A stretch of DNA of 64,000 nucleotides, taken from Ginglymostoma cirratum. Taxonomy: Eukaryota. The stretch spans positions 1,348,917 to 1,412,916 of the forward strand of contig JAHRHZ010000166.1 of assembly GCA_024137785.1 (NCBI GenBank). The letters are read 5' to 3'. Below, piece by piece: positions 26,836 through 40,380 of the stretch (its first letter is position 1; each line of letters begins with the position of its first letter). Below the pieces are notes generated by a model that was not told the DNA's origin, did not search any database, and worked only from the letters and a program-made list of their open reading frames with translations. Both the position numbers and the translations under genes were made by a program.

Positions 26836-29510
26836 GTTTTTTAAAAATCATTTGTGAGACTTGGGTGTCGCTAGCTGGCCAGCATTTATTGCCCGTCCCT
26901 AGATGCTCTTGAGAAGGTGGTGGTAAATTTCCTTCTTGAATCGCTTCAGTCCACCTGCTGTGGATTGATTCACAATGCCATTAGGGAAAGAAATCCAGCT
27001 TTTTGACCCAGCGACAATGAAGGAACAGTGATAATTTCCAAGTCAGGATGGTGAGTAGCTTGGAGAGAACTTGAAGTTGGTGGTCTTTCCATATATCTGC
27101 TGCCCTTGTCCTTCTACGTAAAAGTGGTAATGGGTTTAGAAGGTACTGTCTGAGGATCTTTGGTGAACTTATCCAGTGTGTCTTGTATTTAGTACACACT
27201 GCTGCAACTGAGTGTTGGTGGTGGAGGGAGTTGATGCTTGTAGTTGTAGTGCCAATCAAGTAGGCTGATTTCTCCTGGATGGAGTCAAACTTCTTGAGTG
27301 TTGGTGGAGCTCCACTCATCCAGGCAAATTGGGAGTATTCCATCACACTCCTGACTTATGCCTTGTAGACGGTGGACAGGCTTTGAGGAGTCAGGAGTTG
27401 AGTTACTCGCCGCAGTATTCCTAGCTTCTGACCTGTTCTTGTACTCACTGTGTTTATGTCGTGAGTCCAGTTGAGTTTCTGGTCAATGGTAACCCCCAGG
27501 ATGTTGATAGTGGAGGATTTAGTAATGGTAACACCGTTGAATGCCAAGGAGTGGTGGTTAGATTGTCTCTTGTTCATGATGGTCATTGCCTGGCATTTGT
27601 GTGGTGCAGATGTTACTTGCTATTTGTCAGCCCAAGCCTGGATATTGTCCAGATCTTGATGCATTTGAACATGGACTGCTTCAGTATCTGAGGAGTCACA
27701 AATGGCACTGAACATTGCGCAATCATCAATGAACATCCCCACTTCTGACCTTATGATGGAGGGAAAGTCATTGATGAAGCAGCTGAAGATGGTTGTGCCG
27801 AGGACACTACCCTATTGCTGGAATGCTGTCAGGACCCGTAGCCTTTGCAGTATCCAATATCTCCAACCATTTCTTGATGCCACATGGAGTGAATCAAATT
27901 GGATGAAGACTGGCATCTGTAATGCTGGGGACCACTGGAGGAGGCTGAGATGGATCAGCCACTTGACACTTCTGGCTGAAGATTGCTGCAAAAGCTTCAG
28001 TCTTAAATTTTGTACTGATGTACTGGGATCTTCTAGCATTGAGGACGGGGATATTAGTGGAGCTTCCTCCTACAATGAATTGTTTAATTGGCCACCACCA
28101 TTCACAACTGGATGTGGTAGGACTTCAGAGCTTATATCTGATCCATTAATTGTGGGATCACTTAGCTCTGTCAATCACTTTCTGCTTATGCGTTTAGTTG
28201 CAAGTATTCCTGTTTATTGTCTTCACCAGGTTGTCACCTCATCTTCAGGTATGTCTGGTGCTGTTCCTGGCATACCCTCTTGCACTCTTCATTGAACCAA
28301 GTTTGATCTCCTGGCTTGGAGGTAATAGTTGAGTGGGGGATACGCTGAGCCATGAGGTTACAGATTGTGCTGGAGTGCAATTATGCTGCTGTTGATGGTC
28401 CACAGCAGTTTTGAGCTGCTAGATCTATGCAAATTCTGTCCCATTTAGCACAATTGAGGTCATTCATAGAATCCCTACAGTGTGGAAACAGGCCCTTCAG
28501 CCCAACAAGTCCACACTGAACCTCAAAGCACCCCACCCAGACCCATTACTCTTTTCCCTGTAACCCATCTACACATCCCTGAAAGCTATGGGCAATCTAG
28601 CCTGGCCAATCCACTTACCCTGCATATGTTTGGACAGTGGGAGGAAACAGGAGTACCCAGAAGAAACCCACACAGTCACAGGGAGAAAGTGCAAACTCCA
28701 CACAGACTCCCCACACCCAAGGTTGGAATTGAACACAGGTCTCTGGTGCTGTGAGGCAGCAGTGCTAACCACTGTGCCACCATGCTGTCCAGTCTCAATT
28801 GCCCATTCTCAGTGTGAAGGTGGGCTTTCCCTCTGCAGGGACTGTGCAGTGGTCACTGCTGCTGATGCTGTCATGGACTGCAACTGGCAGTTTGGAAAGG
28901 ATGAAGTCAAGTATGTTTTTTTTCTCCCCTCTTTTTGGTTCCCTCATGGCCTGCCACAGACCCAGTCTAGCAGCTATGTCCTTTAGGACCTGACCAGTGC
29001 TGGTGGTGGGCATTGAAATCCCCCACTCAAAGTACATTTTGTGCCCTTTCCATCCTTTGTAATGCCTCTAAATGTTGTTCAACATGGAGGAGTACATCCG
29101 CTGAGGGAGGATGGTACGTGTTAATCAGCAGGAGGTTTCCTTGATCATGTTTAACCTAAAGCCATGAAACTTCATGGCATCCAGAGTCAATGTTGAGGAC
29201 TCCCTGAGTAACTCCCTCCCAACTGTGTGCCATTGTGCCACCACCTCTGCTGAGTCTGTCCTGCTGGCGAGACAGGTGTCTGGGACATCGTATGTAAGAT
29301 ATGATTCTGTGAGTATGATTATGTTAGGTTGTTGCTTTACTAATCTTTGAGACAGATTTCCCACTTTTGGCTCTAGCCCCCATATGCTACTGTGGAGGAC
29401 TTTTGAGGGTCAACTGTGTCGTTTCTGTTGTTGTCTTCACTGGTGCCTAGGTCAATGCCAGTTGATCCATTCAGTTCAATTTCTTTGAGACTTTGTAGCA
29501 ATTGCTACAA
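26836..29510 (-). mobile_element. L2/CR1-group LINE (distinct from the dominant CR1 family), decayed, inserted in the gypsy LTR
   Basis: Endonuclease-like IIILTESYL, SDH and RT C-terminal ILGVTIDQKLNW..KLGILRR..MEYS..W motifs. Confidence 0.75.
28466..28785 (-). mobile_element. HE1-type SINE
   Basis: Family match. Confidence 0.88.
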
Positions 29511-32500
29511 CTAGGCTAGCGAAGACCTTAACTTTTATCTTAATTAAAGGCAAGTCTAAGGTTCTGTGTTCCAAATGTAATTCCACTGGCCACAATACTA
29601 GGCTTTAAGCCAACACACACTTCATTATTACACCCAGTTAAATACAAACAAAAGAAAAAAATTGGGTTAACTTCAATCTGCTGGAAAAAATTAGCAGAAT
29701 AATAGAGTATTTGACTGATAAACAGCAACAGTTCCAAGGCAGTAAAATCCCATAAATACACACTTGGCAAAGGAAAAATCAACCAAATAGATTGTCTTAG
29801 ATTTGATGTGTCATCCAGTCCAGGGGAAAAGAACACCAAGATTAAAAAAAAGGGCACAAAGAGAGAACTCCGGGTTTTTGTTTTACTGAGAGAAATGTAT
29901 AGCAACTTTCACAACCAACTTCAAAACGTCAGCAACTACTGAAAGCTAAGCTAAAAAAAAAAAACCCTTGTTCTGTGGGAGCCTTGCTCCAGCCACTCAT
30001 GCTGCTTTTATTGTTCTAAGATTTAAAGAAAGCCCAGGGACTCAGAATTTGTTTACTTTATTGGCTTTGAAAAGATGTCTCCAAACCTCTGGCTCAAAAC
30101 ACCTCTTGAAAAAAATCAAAATACACCTCTAAAAACCATAGTATCATTATAGCCGCCGTAGCTCCCCAACACCTTATTTAAATGAACCATCAATACAAAG
30201 ATAGCTTCATTTTTAAAACAAAACTCTCCTTTAGTATTATGCTATTAGTACACTACAATACATATATATTACATTCATTCCAAGCAAATGAACATTTAAT
30301 ATCAGAGTCCATTTTATCTGTTCATTTGCCATCAAACACCTTCACCTTCTGTCATCAAAGTCATGACAATGCATCAGCAATTATGTTCTCCCATCCTAAC
30401 ACGTGTATAATTTTCAAATTAAATGGTTGCCAAAATTAACTGCATATAAAGAGTCTGATATTGTTGTTAACCTATTATGATCAAAGTTGTCTCAGCCACA
30501 ATATTGGCAATATAAACATTGAAATCTTACAATGCCAACATCAAATTCATGGTTTCTTTCTAAATTTTGGAATATTTCTATTGATGAATATTCAACTTTC
30601 TGGAAGAATGCCCAATGGTTTTTTTCTATCTTCTCATTGTCTTCTTGCAAGAAGACAACACTAACACCCACATCACTTGCATTGGTAGCCGCCTTGAATG
30701 TCATTGCATAATTAGGGCTGAAAGCGAACACAGATTTCAGGCTGACAAATGCGCCTGACAGTCTTCCATCCACTGAAATTTTCTGCACTATTTCAACAAG
30801 TTAGTCAGTAGAACAAAAATGCTGCTAAATCTAACATGAATGTTTGATAAAAACCATTCAGTCACAGGAATCAAAGCACTTTACTCTTTGTCGATGGTCT
30901 GGGAAATTCTCCGATGACTTCCAATGACAAGATTAGGAACATGACTTGAGCTTTTGTGAGGTCACTCAGTGAGTTTATCATCCAGCCTGCCTTCTGAAGT
31001 AGAATAAACAACTCTGATAGGTGCTGCAAATAATAGTTTCATGCATGACAAAGAATCACTTCATCATCTATGTTTATCACACAATTGGGTAATCCCTAAA
31101 TGACTTTATTGTTTAGTCTTTGAAATGTAGCTGGTGTATTTCTCATGTATTAAATTTAAACTGGCACAGTCTGTTTGGTATCATGGAAGCTGAAATTTCC
31201 TTCTCTCTCTCAGATAAAGTTACCTGCTAGTATCTTTTGAGTAAGTCCAGCTGTGAAATACAAGTTGTTTGTCTCACCTTCTTAGTAGAGTTTTCTGAAC
31301 ATGGAATAGAATATGTACAAGATTTCAAAAAAGCTTTGAATTTGGGGTAATCAATGCCCAGGCTTTGGATACCACCTGGTTTTGCTACGATAACTATGGG
31401 TGAGTTCGACTCACAGCAACTCACTTTGATCGTATCATATTTGAGCATGCTTTCAATCTCTTTTTGAGCATTTGTCTACTTTAGAGGGTTAAGTCTGGAA
31501 GGATGTTGCTTAATTGGAACAGTATTTTATTTTCTACATCATTTCCAATCATGTTAATTCTTCACAGCTTATTCCCGTATATCTCCTCATGCAATAATTC
31601 TTTCAGGTCATTTTGATTGTCTTCTAGAAGGGAACTCAATAATTTACCCAATTTCTGAGAACATCCTCATTTTCCAATGTAATTTGAGGAATGTCCAAAT
31701 CAACACCATTTGAACTTGGTTCTTCACTCTTGTAACCAGCATCACATTCTCCTTTTGCTTTGCTTACCTCACAAAATATCTTTTGAGTATATTCACATAA
31801 CAACAAGCTGTGATTTTCCTCCCATCTGACATTCGTATCAAATAATCTACCTCACTCAATTTCCATCAGAATGTTACTTTTAGAGGTTCACCCCACCCTG
31901 TCCCACTAATAGTGATACTAACAATTTATCTCCGCCATCAAAACTACACATTTTTGATTTCTTGTCTGCTTTCTGCTTCAACTCATGCTGTGCTATTTTA
32001 AAATGATGTTTGGCCAATTCACCAACTCTATTGAATAGTTCCCTAAAATTTGACACAAAATCCAAATGAGAGTTCTGAATTCCAACTTACCTTATCTTTC
32101 CTCAATTAATTTCAGTGGTCCTCTCACCTCATGCCCAGAAACTGATTCAAATGGACTGAATTTGTTGATTCATCAGGCGCATCCCTAATTACACAAAGTA
32201 CAAATAGAATTCATTTACGCCAATCCTCTGGGTAGTCATGTCTATAAGCCCTCAACAAGGTCTTTAAATTTTGCTGCCTCCATTCTGATGCTCCTTGTGA
32301 TTCTTGATGGTACACTGTTGAGTTAAGTTGATTTATTACTAAGCTATCCATAACATCCTTGAATATTTTGGATTTAAAATTTGACCCTTGCTCTGATGGC
32401 GTTTCTATGGGTAGTATCTATCAAAAGAATTGAGCAACTCTTCTACAGCCCTTTTCACTGTGATATTGCATAATGGGATAGCCTCCGGCCAACTAGTAGA

Positions 32501-33512
32501 CATATTCATTATGGTCAACAAATATTGATTTGCACTTTTTGTCTTCAGGAATTGTCCTATGCAATCAATTAAGATTCTTGTGAAAGATTACTCAAAAGCT
32601 GGAATAGGTATTAACAGTGCTGGTTTTATCACTGCCTGAAGTTTTCCTGCTGCCTGTGGTAAGTGAAATATCTGGCAAAACTGATGCGCATCTCTATGCA
32701 GTCCAGGCCAAGTAAGAATTTGTTCTATTTTAGCTTGCGTTTTCCTCACTTCCAAATGACCTCCTATTGATACCTCATGTGCTACTCACAATGCTTTCTT
32801 TCTATAATGACCAGTAATAGAACTTGATGAACTTCTACCCTTTTTAAATCTGCCTAAATATATAATGGTCTCCATTTTCTCATCAAGACTTCACTTTTAA
32901 GATAGTAGCATTCTAGGATACCCACAGTTTCCTTTTCTGTGTATGTTTTTTGATACAACTGATTTATATTTTCATTGTTTTTCTTGCAGTTCAACTAACC
33001 ACTGAATTTTTAAAAAATTGCTTTTTCCTTCAGCTGTTGTTTTTTCTGTCAACCATAAGATCAAACTTAGTGTCTGATTATCAAACTTAAATTCCTTATC
33101 TGTATTCTTCGATTTTTCTCCCCCTAATTCAAACTGTGGCTTTGTGACCTTGTTACCATGCAGTCAGTTATAATTCCATGATATACTTCCTTTAAACATC
33201 TCAGTTGCCCAATTTTCCACTCGTTTTGCAAATATAGTAGGCATCACTCCCACTCATGATCTAGCAAGATCATTCCCAAGGAGACTGTATCTCCAGAATG
33301 AAGAATTTTTCTATTAGTCCTACTACCAATTCACCATTTTTCACCAGACTCACCAACATCGCTTGATATAATGGGGCACTATTCTTCTCACCACGACTTC
33401 CACGGGGAAACACAGAACAGTACAGCACAATACAGGCCCTTCAGCCCACGATGTTGTGCCGACTTATTATCCTACTTTAAGATCAAAGCTAATCTACATA
33501 CCTCCATTTCAC

Positions 33513-33719
33513 GAACAAAAACAAAGTTGCTGGAAAAGCTCAGGTCTGGCAGCATCTGTGGAGGAAAAAACAGAGTTAACGTTTCGGGTTCTGAGGAAGC
33601 GTCACCAGACCCGAAACGTTAACTGTTTTCTCCTCCACAAATGCTGCCAGACCTGCTGAGCTTTTCCAGCAACTTTGTTTTTGTTCCTGATTTACACCAT
33701 CCACAGTTCTTTTGGTTTT
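33513..33719. mobile_element. Palindromic PLE-derived short element with 14-bp TSD
   Basis: Long inverted arms; TACCT(C/T)CATTTCAC at 33499-33512 and 33720-33733; CTGAGGA..GAAACGTT core. Confidence 0.75.
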
Positions 33720-36700
33720 TACCTTCATTTCACTATCATCCATGTGCCTATCCAAGAGTCGTTTCAATGTCCCTAATGTCTCTGACTCTACTACTACTGC
33801 TGGCAGTGCAAATCATGCACCCACCACTCTATGTAAAAAAATCTACCTCTGACATCTCCCCTATACCTTCCTCCTATCACCTTAAAGTTATGCCCCCTCA
33901 TGATATTCATTTCTGCCCTGGGAAAATGTTTCTGGCTATCCATTCTATCTATGCCTCTCATCAGCTTTTACACCTCAATCAAGTCACTGCTCTTCCTTCT
34001 CTGCTCCAATGAGAAAAGCCCTAGCTGCATCAACCTTTTGTCATAAGACCTGACTTCCATTTCAGGCAGCATCCTGGTAAATCTCCTCTGCACCCTCTCT
34101 AAAGCTTCCACAACCTTCCTACAATGAGGTGACCAGAACTGAACACAATATTCCCAAGTGTGGTCTAACCAGGGTTAGATAGAGCTGCAGCATAACCTTG
34201 TGGCTCTTAAACTCAATCCCCTGCCAATGAAAGCCAACACATCATACACTTTTTTTTTAACAACCCAATCAACTTGTGTGGCAACTTTGAAGTATCTTTA
34301 GATGTGGACCTCAAGATCCCACTGTTCCTTCACGCTGCCAAGAATCCTGCCATTAATATGTGTTCTGTGTTCAAATTCAACCATCCAAATGAAGCACTTC
34401 ACACTTTTCTGGAGAGAATTCCATCTGCCACTTCTTTGCCCAACTCTGCATCCTGTCAACTTCCCATTGCAGCCTACAACAGCCCTCCACAACTGCACTA
34501 ACCCTGGTGTCCTCAGCAAACTTATAACCCACCCTCCCAAATCCTCATCCAAGTCACTTATAAAGATCACAAAGAGCAGAGGTCCCACAACTGATCCATG
34601 CAGAACACCACAGGTCACCAAGCTCCAGGCTAAAATGTCAGTCTACTACCACCCTCTGTTTTCTATCTGACATCCAGTTTTGTATCCAGACAGCCAAATT
34701 TTCCTGAATCCCATGCCTCCTTACTTCCTGAATGAGCCTACCATGGGGAACCTTATCAAATGCCTTGCTAAAATCCATATACACCACATCCACTGCTCTA
34801 CCTTAATCAATGTGTTTTGTCACATCCTCACAGAATTTGATAAGCCTTGTGAAGCATGACCTGTGCCTCACAAAGCCATGCAGACCATTTCTAATCAAGC
34901 TACACTTTTCCAAATGATCATAAATGCTATCTCTTGGAATCCTCACCAATAATTTGCCCACCACAGAAGTAAGACTGGCTGGTCTGTAATTCCCAGAATT
35001 ATCCCTATTCCCTTTGTTGAACAAGGGAATAACATTTTCCACCCTCCAGTCATCTGGTACTAGTTCAGTGGACAGTTAGGAAGCAAAGATCATCACCAAA
35101 AGCACAGTAATCTCATCCCTCACTCCCCATAGTAACCTTGGGTATATCCCATCTGGCCCAGGGATACATCTATCCCCATATTTTTCAAAATTTATAGCAG
35201 TCTCCTTCCTAACATCAACTTGTTCAAACATATCAGCCTGTTTCATGCTGTCCTCACAAACATCAAGGTCCTTCTCACTGGTGAATAAGGAAGCAAAGTG
35301 TTCATTAAGCACCTCCCCTACCTCCTCTGATTCCAGGCAAATGTTCCCTCCACTATCCCTGATCAGCCCTACACTCACTCTGGCCATCCTCTTGTTCCTC
35401 ACCTAAGTATAGAACACCTTGGGGTTTTCCTTAATCCTAGCCATCCAGGCTTTTTCATGCCCCCTTCTAGATCTCCTCAGTCCATTCTTCAGTTCCTTCC
35501 TGGCTACCTTGTAACCCTCTAGAGCCCGGTCCAATCTTTGTTTCCTCAACCTTAAGTAAGCTTCCTTCTTCCTCTTGATGCAATGTTCCACATGTCTTGT
35601 CATCCAAGGTTCCTTCACTGTACCATACTTTTCTTGCCTCAGTGGGACAAACCTATCCAGTACTTATAGCAAGTGCTCCCTAAACAACCTCCACATTTTT
35701 GTCATGCATTTCCCTGAGAACACCTGTTCCCAATTTATGTTCTGCAGTTCCTGCCTAATAGCATTGTAATCCCCCCTCCCCCAATTAAATATGTTCCATG
35801 ACAATAATAAAGGTCAGGGAGTTGTGATCACTATCACCAAAATGCAATCCCACTGAGAGATCTGACACCTGGCCTGCTTCATCGCTCAGCACCAAATCCA
35901 ATATGGCCTCCTCTCCCATTGGCCTATCTGCAAATTGAGTCAGAAATCCTTCCTGGACATGCCTGACAAAATCTGCTCCATCTAAACCATTTGCATTTAG
36001 GAGGTTCCAGTCTATATTTGTGAAGTTGAAGTCACCGATGACAACAACCCTATTATTTCTGCACATTTCCAAAATCTGCCTCCTAATCTGTTCCTCGGTG
36101 TCTCTGTCGCTATTGGGGGGTATATAGAAAACTCCCAATAAAGTGACAGCACCTTTCCTGTTTCTGACTTTCACCCATACTGACTCAGTGGAGAAACCCT
36201 CCTCGACAAACTCCCTTTCTGCAGCTGTCATACCATCCCTGATCCCTCCACCTCTTTTATGTCCCTCCCTCTTTCTTTTGAAACATCTAAACCCCGGAAT
36301 ATCCAACAACCATTCCTGCCCCTTTGATATCCAAGTCTCCATAATGGCCACAACATCATAGCTCCAAGTACTGATCCATGCTTTAAGTTCATCTCCCTTA
36401 TTCCTGACACTTCTTGCATTAAAATAGACACACTTCAACCCATAACACTGGCTAAAACATTGCCCTAGCAACTGTCTGTCCTTAGTCACAGACTCTCTGC
36501 ATACTGCATCTGCCTGTACAACAGCTACCCCATCCTCTGATACATATCTCCGGGTCCCATCCCCCTACCAAACTAGTTTCAACCATCCCAAAAAGCTCTA
36601 GCAAACCTCCCGCCCAGGATATTGGTGCCCCTCCAGTTCAGGTGCAACCCGTCCTTCTTGCACAGGTCCCACTTTCCCCAGAAGGTATCCCAATGATTCA

Positions 36701-37326
36701 CATATCTGAAGCCCTCCCTCCTACACCAGGTCTGTAACCATATGTTCAGCTGCACTTACTGTCTATTCCTATCCTCACTAGCCCGTGATACCAGTAGTAA
36801 TCCTAAGATACTCCCTATATGTAGACTCAATCCAAGACATCCCTGACCCTGGCTCCCAGGAAACAACATACCATCCGGGAATTTAGTTCGTGACCACAGA
36901 ATCTCTTGTCTGTTCCCCTGACCATTGTATCTCCTAACATTACTGTTCTCCTATTCTCCCCTGCTTCCCTTCTGAACCACAGAGCCAGGCTCAGTGCCAG
37001 AGACCTAGCCACCCTGTCTTCCCCCTGGTAGGTCATCCACCCCCCACCCCCTCAACAGTGTCCAAAATGGTATACTTATTATTGAGGAGAACAACCACAG
37101 GGGATCCCTGCACCGTCTGCCTCTTCCCTTTCCCGATGGCCACACAGCTACCTTTATCCTACAAGCTGGTGTGACTACCACCCTATTACTACTCTCTATC
37201 ATCCTCAGCCTCCTGAATGATCTGGGGTTCATCCAGTTCCAGCTCCAGTTCCAGTTCCCTAACACAGTCTGTCAGGAGCTGGAATTGGGTGCACTTCTCA
37301 CAGGTGAAGCCAGCAGGAACACTAGT

Positions 37327-37640
37327 CATAGAATTCCTACAGTGTGGAAACAGGCCCTTCGGCCCAACAAGTCCATACTGACCCTTGGAGCATCCCACCC
37401 AGACCCATCCCCCTATAACCCACCTAATCTACAGACCCCTGAACACTACGGGCAATTCAGCTTCGCCAATCCACCTAACCTGCACATCTTTGGACTGTGG
37501 GAGGAAACCGGAGCACCTGGAGGAAACCCACACAGACACGGGGAAGAATGTGCAAACTCCACACAGTCAGTCTCCAAGGGTGGAATTGAACCCGTGTCCC
37601 TGGCACTGTGAGGCAGCAGTGCTAACCACTGTGCCACCCC
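37327..37640 (-). mobile_element. HE1-type SINE nested in CR1 ORF1
   Basis: Family match. Confidence 0.9.
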
Positions 37641-40335
37641 TAGTGATGACCCTTACCTCCTACATCCTACCAGAGGAGCATGTAACTGCTCTTGTTTCCA
37701 TCCCCTCTACTCTAGATTGCCACAAAATAAAGGAAAAAAAATGCTCACCTTACCAACCCTCCAGGCCAAGTATTTTTTTGTTAGAGGAGGAGGATAGGTG
37801 GGAAACACTGTAGATGTAGTGTTTCACGTTTAGCCGCTGCCCGAATATAATAGTGCACTTACCCAGCTGTCCCCATGTCCGCATTTTCCCCTGCTCAGCC
37901 TTCACTCCACCTCGTCACAGGGCAAGATTTTTGTACCGAAAGCTTACCTTCCTGGCTGTCCCCTGGCTCGCGCTCTCATGAATCCTGCTGCTTGAACATA
38001 TTACCAGCTTTTCTGGCAATACTCCTTCCAGAGTGCATAATTCTTATGTCTCACCATCAAAGATTGGCTTGCTCCTGTGTCTCTGAAAACGTTAATTAAT
38101 GTACCTACTCCTCTTGGTACCCAAAGTAAACCTTTCCCATACAGATAACTTTTTAAAGCGATCTGGCACTTTCTTACAAACTAACCCCTGACCAGGCTGT
38201 ACATTTTTTAGCAGCCCTTCATCTTCCACTCGGATGTCCTTTACCACTTTATTAAACCCCATCTGGTTATCCTGTTTTACCACATCTGTTTTCACAGTGC
38301 TTTTTCAAACTACCAACACTGCAACTTCATGTGCCCTACTTTATTACAGTGAAAACATCTAGAACGTAGAACATGGAACATAGAACATTACAGCGCAGTA
38401 CAGGCCATTCGGCCCTCGATGTTGTGCCGACCTGTGAAACCAATCTGAAGCCCATCTAACCTACACTATTCCATTATCATCCAGGTAAAACCTGGAGGTG
38501 TTTTATTTCTCTTCTCCTCCTCATGGGTTTCCTTTTTAGTTTGTGGTAAACCATCTTTACTATCTTCAATGGAATTGCTTTTTCCCTTACTACTTGAGCA
38601 TTTCTCTGTTCTACAATTTCTGACCCTCACAGCTTGAAACGGATATCAGAAAACAAACTTTGATTTATGAGCCAAATCATAATCATCTACCATTTCTGCT
38701 GCTAATTTTGCAGTTTGAACTGTCCGCTCTTCCTCACGAGTCCTCAATATTACAAGAAGTGAATTTCTGAACTCCTCCAAAATAACAGTCTACATACATC
38801 TCTATAGCCTCTATATGTCTGCTTCATTTTCAGTGCTCTTATCCACATATCAAAGTTATTTTATTTGAGGCTTTCAAATTTGATATACATTTGAACATGT
38901 TCCCTCCTTAAATTTCTAAAACGTTGTCTGTAGGCTTCTGGCACTATTTCACTTGTACTTGAGATTATTTTCACCTCCTCATATTCTCAAGATACCTGAC
39001 AAGGGCTCAATCTCCTCCACTTTGGCACACTTTTGCCACTCTGGCTCAATTTCCACTGCTCTGGTCATTGCTGCAGATATTGGGGGAACTTCCATTGCTG
39101 CGTTGGTCTTGCTTCTGGGATTGCAGTATCCTGATCCAAGCCATCAAAGCCCCAATCCAGGTGTTGTGCATGCTGGACCTGGACCTCGCCTTTGGTCTGC
39201 ACGCTGGGCATTGTGAACTCCACCAAAGTTCCAGCCAGGCCCTCAGCCAATGCTTCGCACTGGACATCTAGCCAGCCACCAAATTTAATGAGCCCAATGC
39301 CACTGCTGCCGCTGTCCAGGAGGTAAATTTTAAAAGAAAACTGAAACTAATAAAAAAAATTGCTGGAACGAAAACGAGAAATAGAAAGGGAAAAAGATTT
39401 TACAGAGTGGACAAGCCTACTCCACCACCATCTTGCAGCGTTCTGCAACTTTATAAGGCATTGATGAGGTCAGAAAGGTCATTTAGAAGAAATATCCAAA
39501 ACCACAATTGGTATTAGCAGGATAAATCTGACAGGCTCCAAGGAGCAGAAGAAATGATGTTGATATTGGCAACTCTTTGCCAGCTCTGGACAGTTGATCT
39601 CATTCTAACATTTTTTACAAACGTTCCGCACATTTAAGTCTCAATTCCAAGTCTGCAAAAACCTTATGATCAGTATGTCCAGTGTGTTATGATCCATCTG
39701 TACTGCTCGCAAAACAAAACTTTTCACTGTACTTCGGTCTGTGTGACAACAATAAATCAAATCAAATCAAACTGGAGTTCTAATCCAAATTTCTCATCAT
39801 AATAACTTATAAATATGCACTTATTCTTCCAGTGCCACTGGTTCAATGTATTTAAAATCAACGTTAATGACACTTTGACATTCCCATCATTACAAAATCT
39901 ACAGCACATACATGAGAAACTTAGAACCCCTATCTAAATAATCACTTTTGGATTCTTAATGAATATAGTAATGTGCACACACTTGAAAGAACAATAATAA
40001 CAAGAAAGAAAACAAATCCTCAGTAGCAGTTGAATAATTTCTCTTTTGACCAATCCTGCTTCAGAGTGGGAATTCATCAGTGACAATTCAGAATTATGTC
40101 GGTCAGATATAATGAAATCTTCTTCTGAGGGAACATTTTCACTCTTCAGTGTTAATTGTGTCAGTTGCTTGACTGGACTGCTCTTCCACTTCTGTACCAC
40201 TGGGTCTTAAAATATATGGGCACAGCACAAATTCGAGGAAAAGTTTCTTCATTCATTACTGAAGAACACTTCTTACTGACTTTCCAATGAGAGAAAACTT
40301 GGGACATATTCTTCAATTCATGAGTATTCGTCTTA

Positions 40336-40380
40336 TCAAAGTATCTGTTCTTCAGTAAAGGCCAAATGAGCATAGAGGGT
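40336..40380 (-). CDS. Exon 6: terminal coding exon TLYAHLAFTEEQIL-stop (tyrosine signalling motif)
   Basis: Acceptor TTTCTGATTTCTTCCATAG, phase 0, TxYxxL motif right at the exon start, TGA at 40338-40336. Confidence 0.75.
   Translation of the reverse strand, partial: TLYAHLAFTEEQIL

Larger units (their letters stand above)
33412..37995 (-). mobile_element. Near-full-length decayed CR1 LINE (ORF1 zipper plus SGNH-esterase-like, APE endonuclease, partial RT)
   Basis: ORF1 CEKC..VRELELEL and MLGDTMVRG..CCFLGARVRDV; EN ORF 35785-36489 with NARS, ETW, GDFN, LDLV and SDH; RT motifs NYRP.SLTS and HGSVVGPLLF. Confidence 0.9.
26792..38960 (-). mobile_element. Decayed Gmr1-type Ty3/gypsy LTR retrotransposon (gag-PR-INT-RT-RH-3'LTR), split by nested LINEs
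   Basis: PEAYRQRFRNL gag at about 38910-38942; CFHCNKVGHMKLQC knuckle at 38316-38357; RDTGASQSL protease at about 38060-38087; AHE..GGHL..RKT integrase at about 32500-32790; RT in ORF 31227-31448; NASDVG RNase H in ORF 30492-30788; LTR halves at 26792-26835 and about 29513-30150. Confidence 0.85.

Noticed and set aside
35785-36489. 234-aa endonuclease ORF as a host or domesticated gene
   Set aside because: It sits in its normal position in a CR1 whose remaining ORFs are broken.
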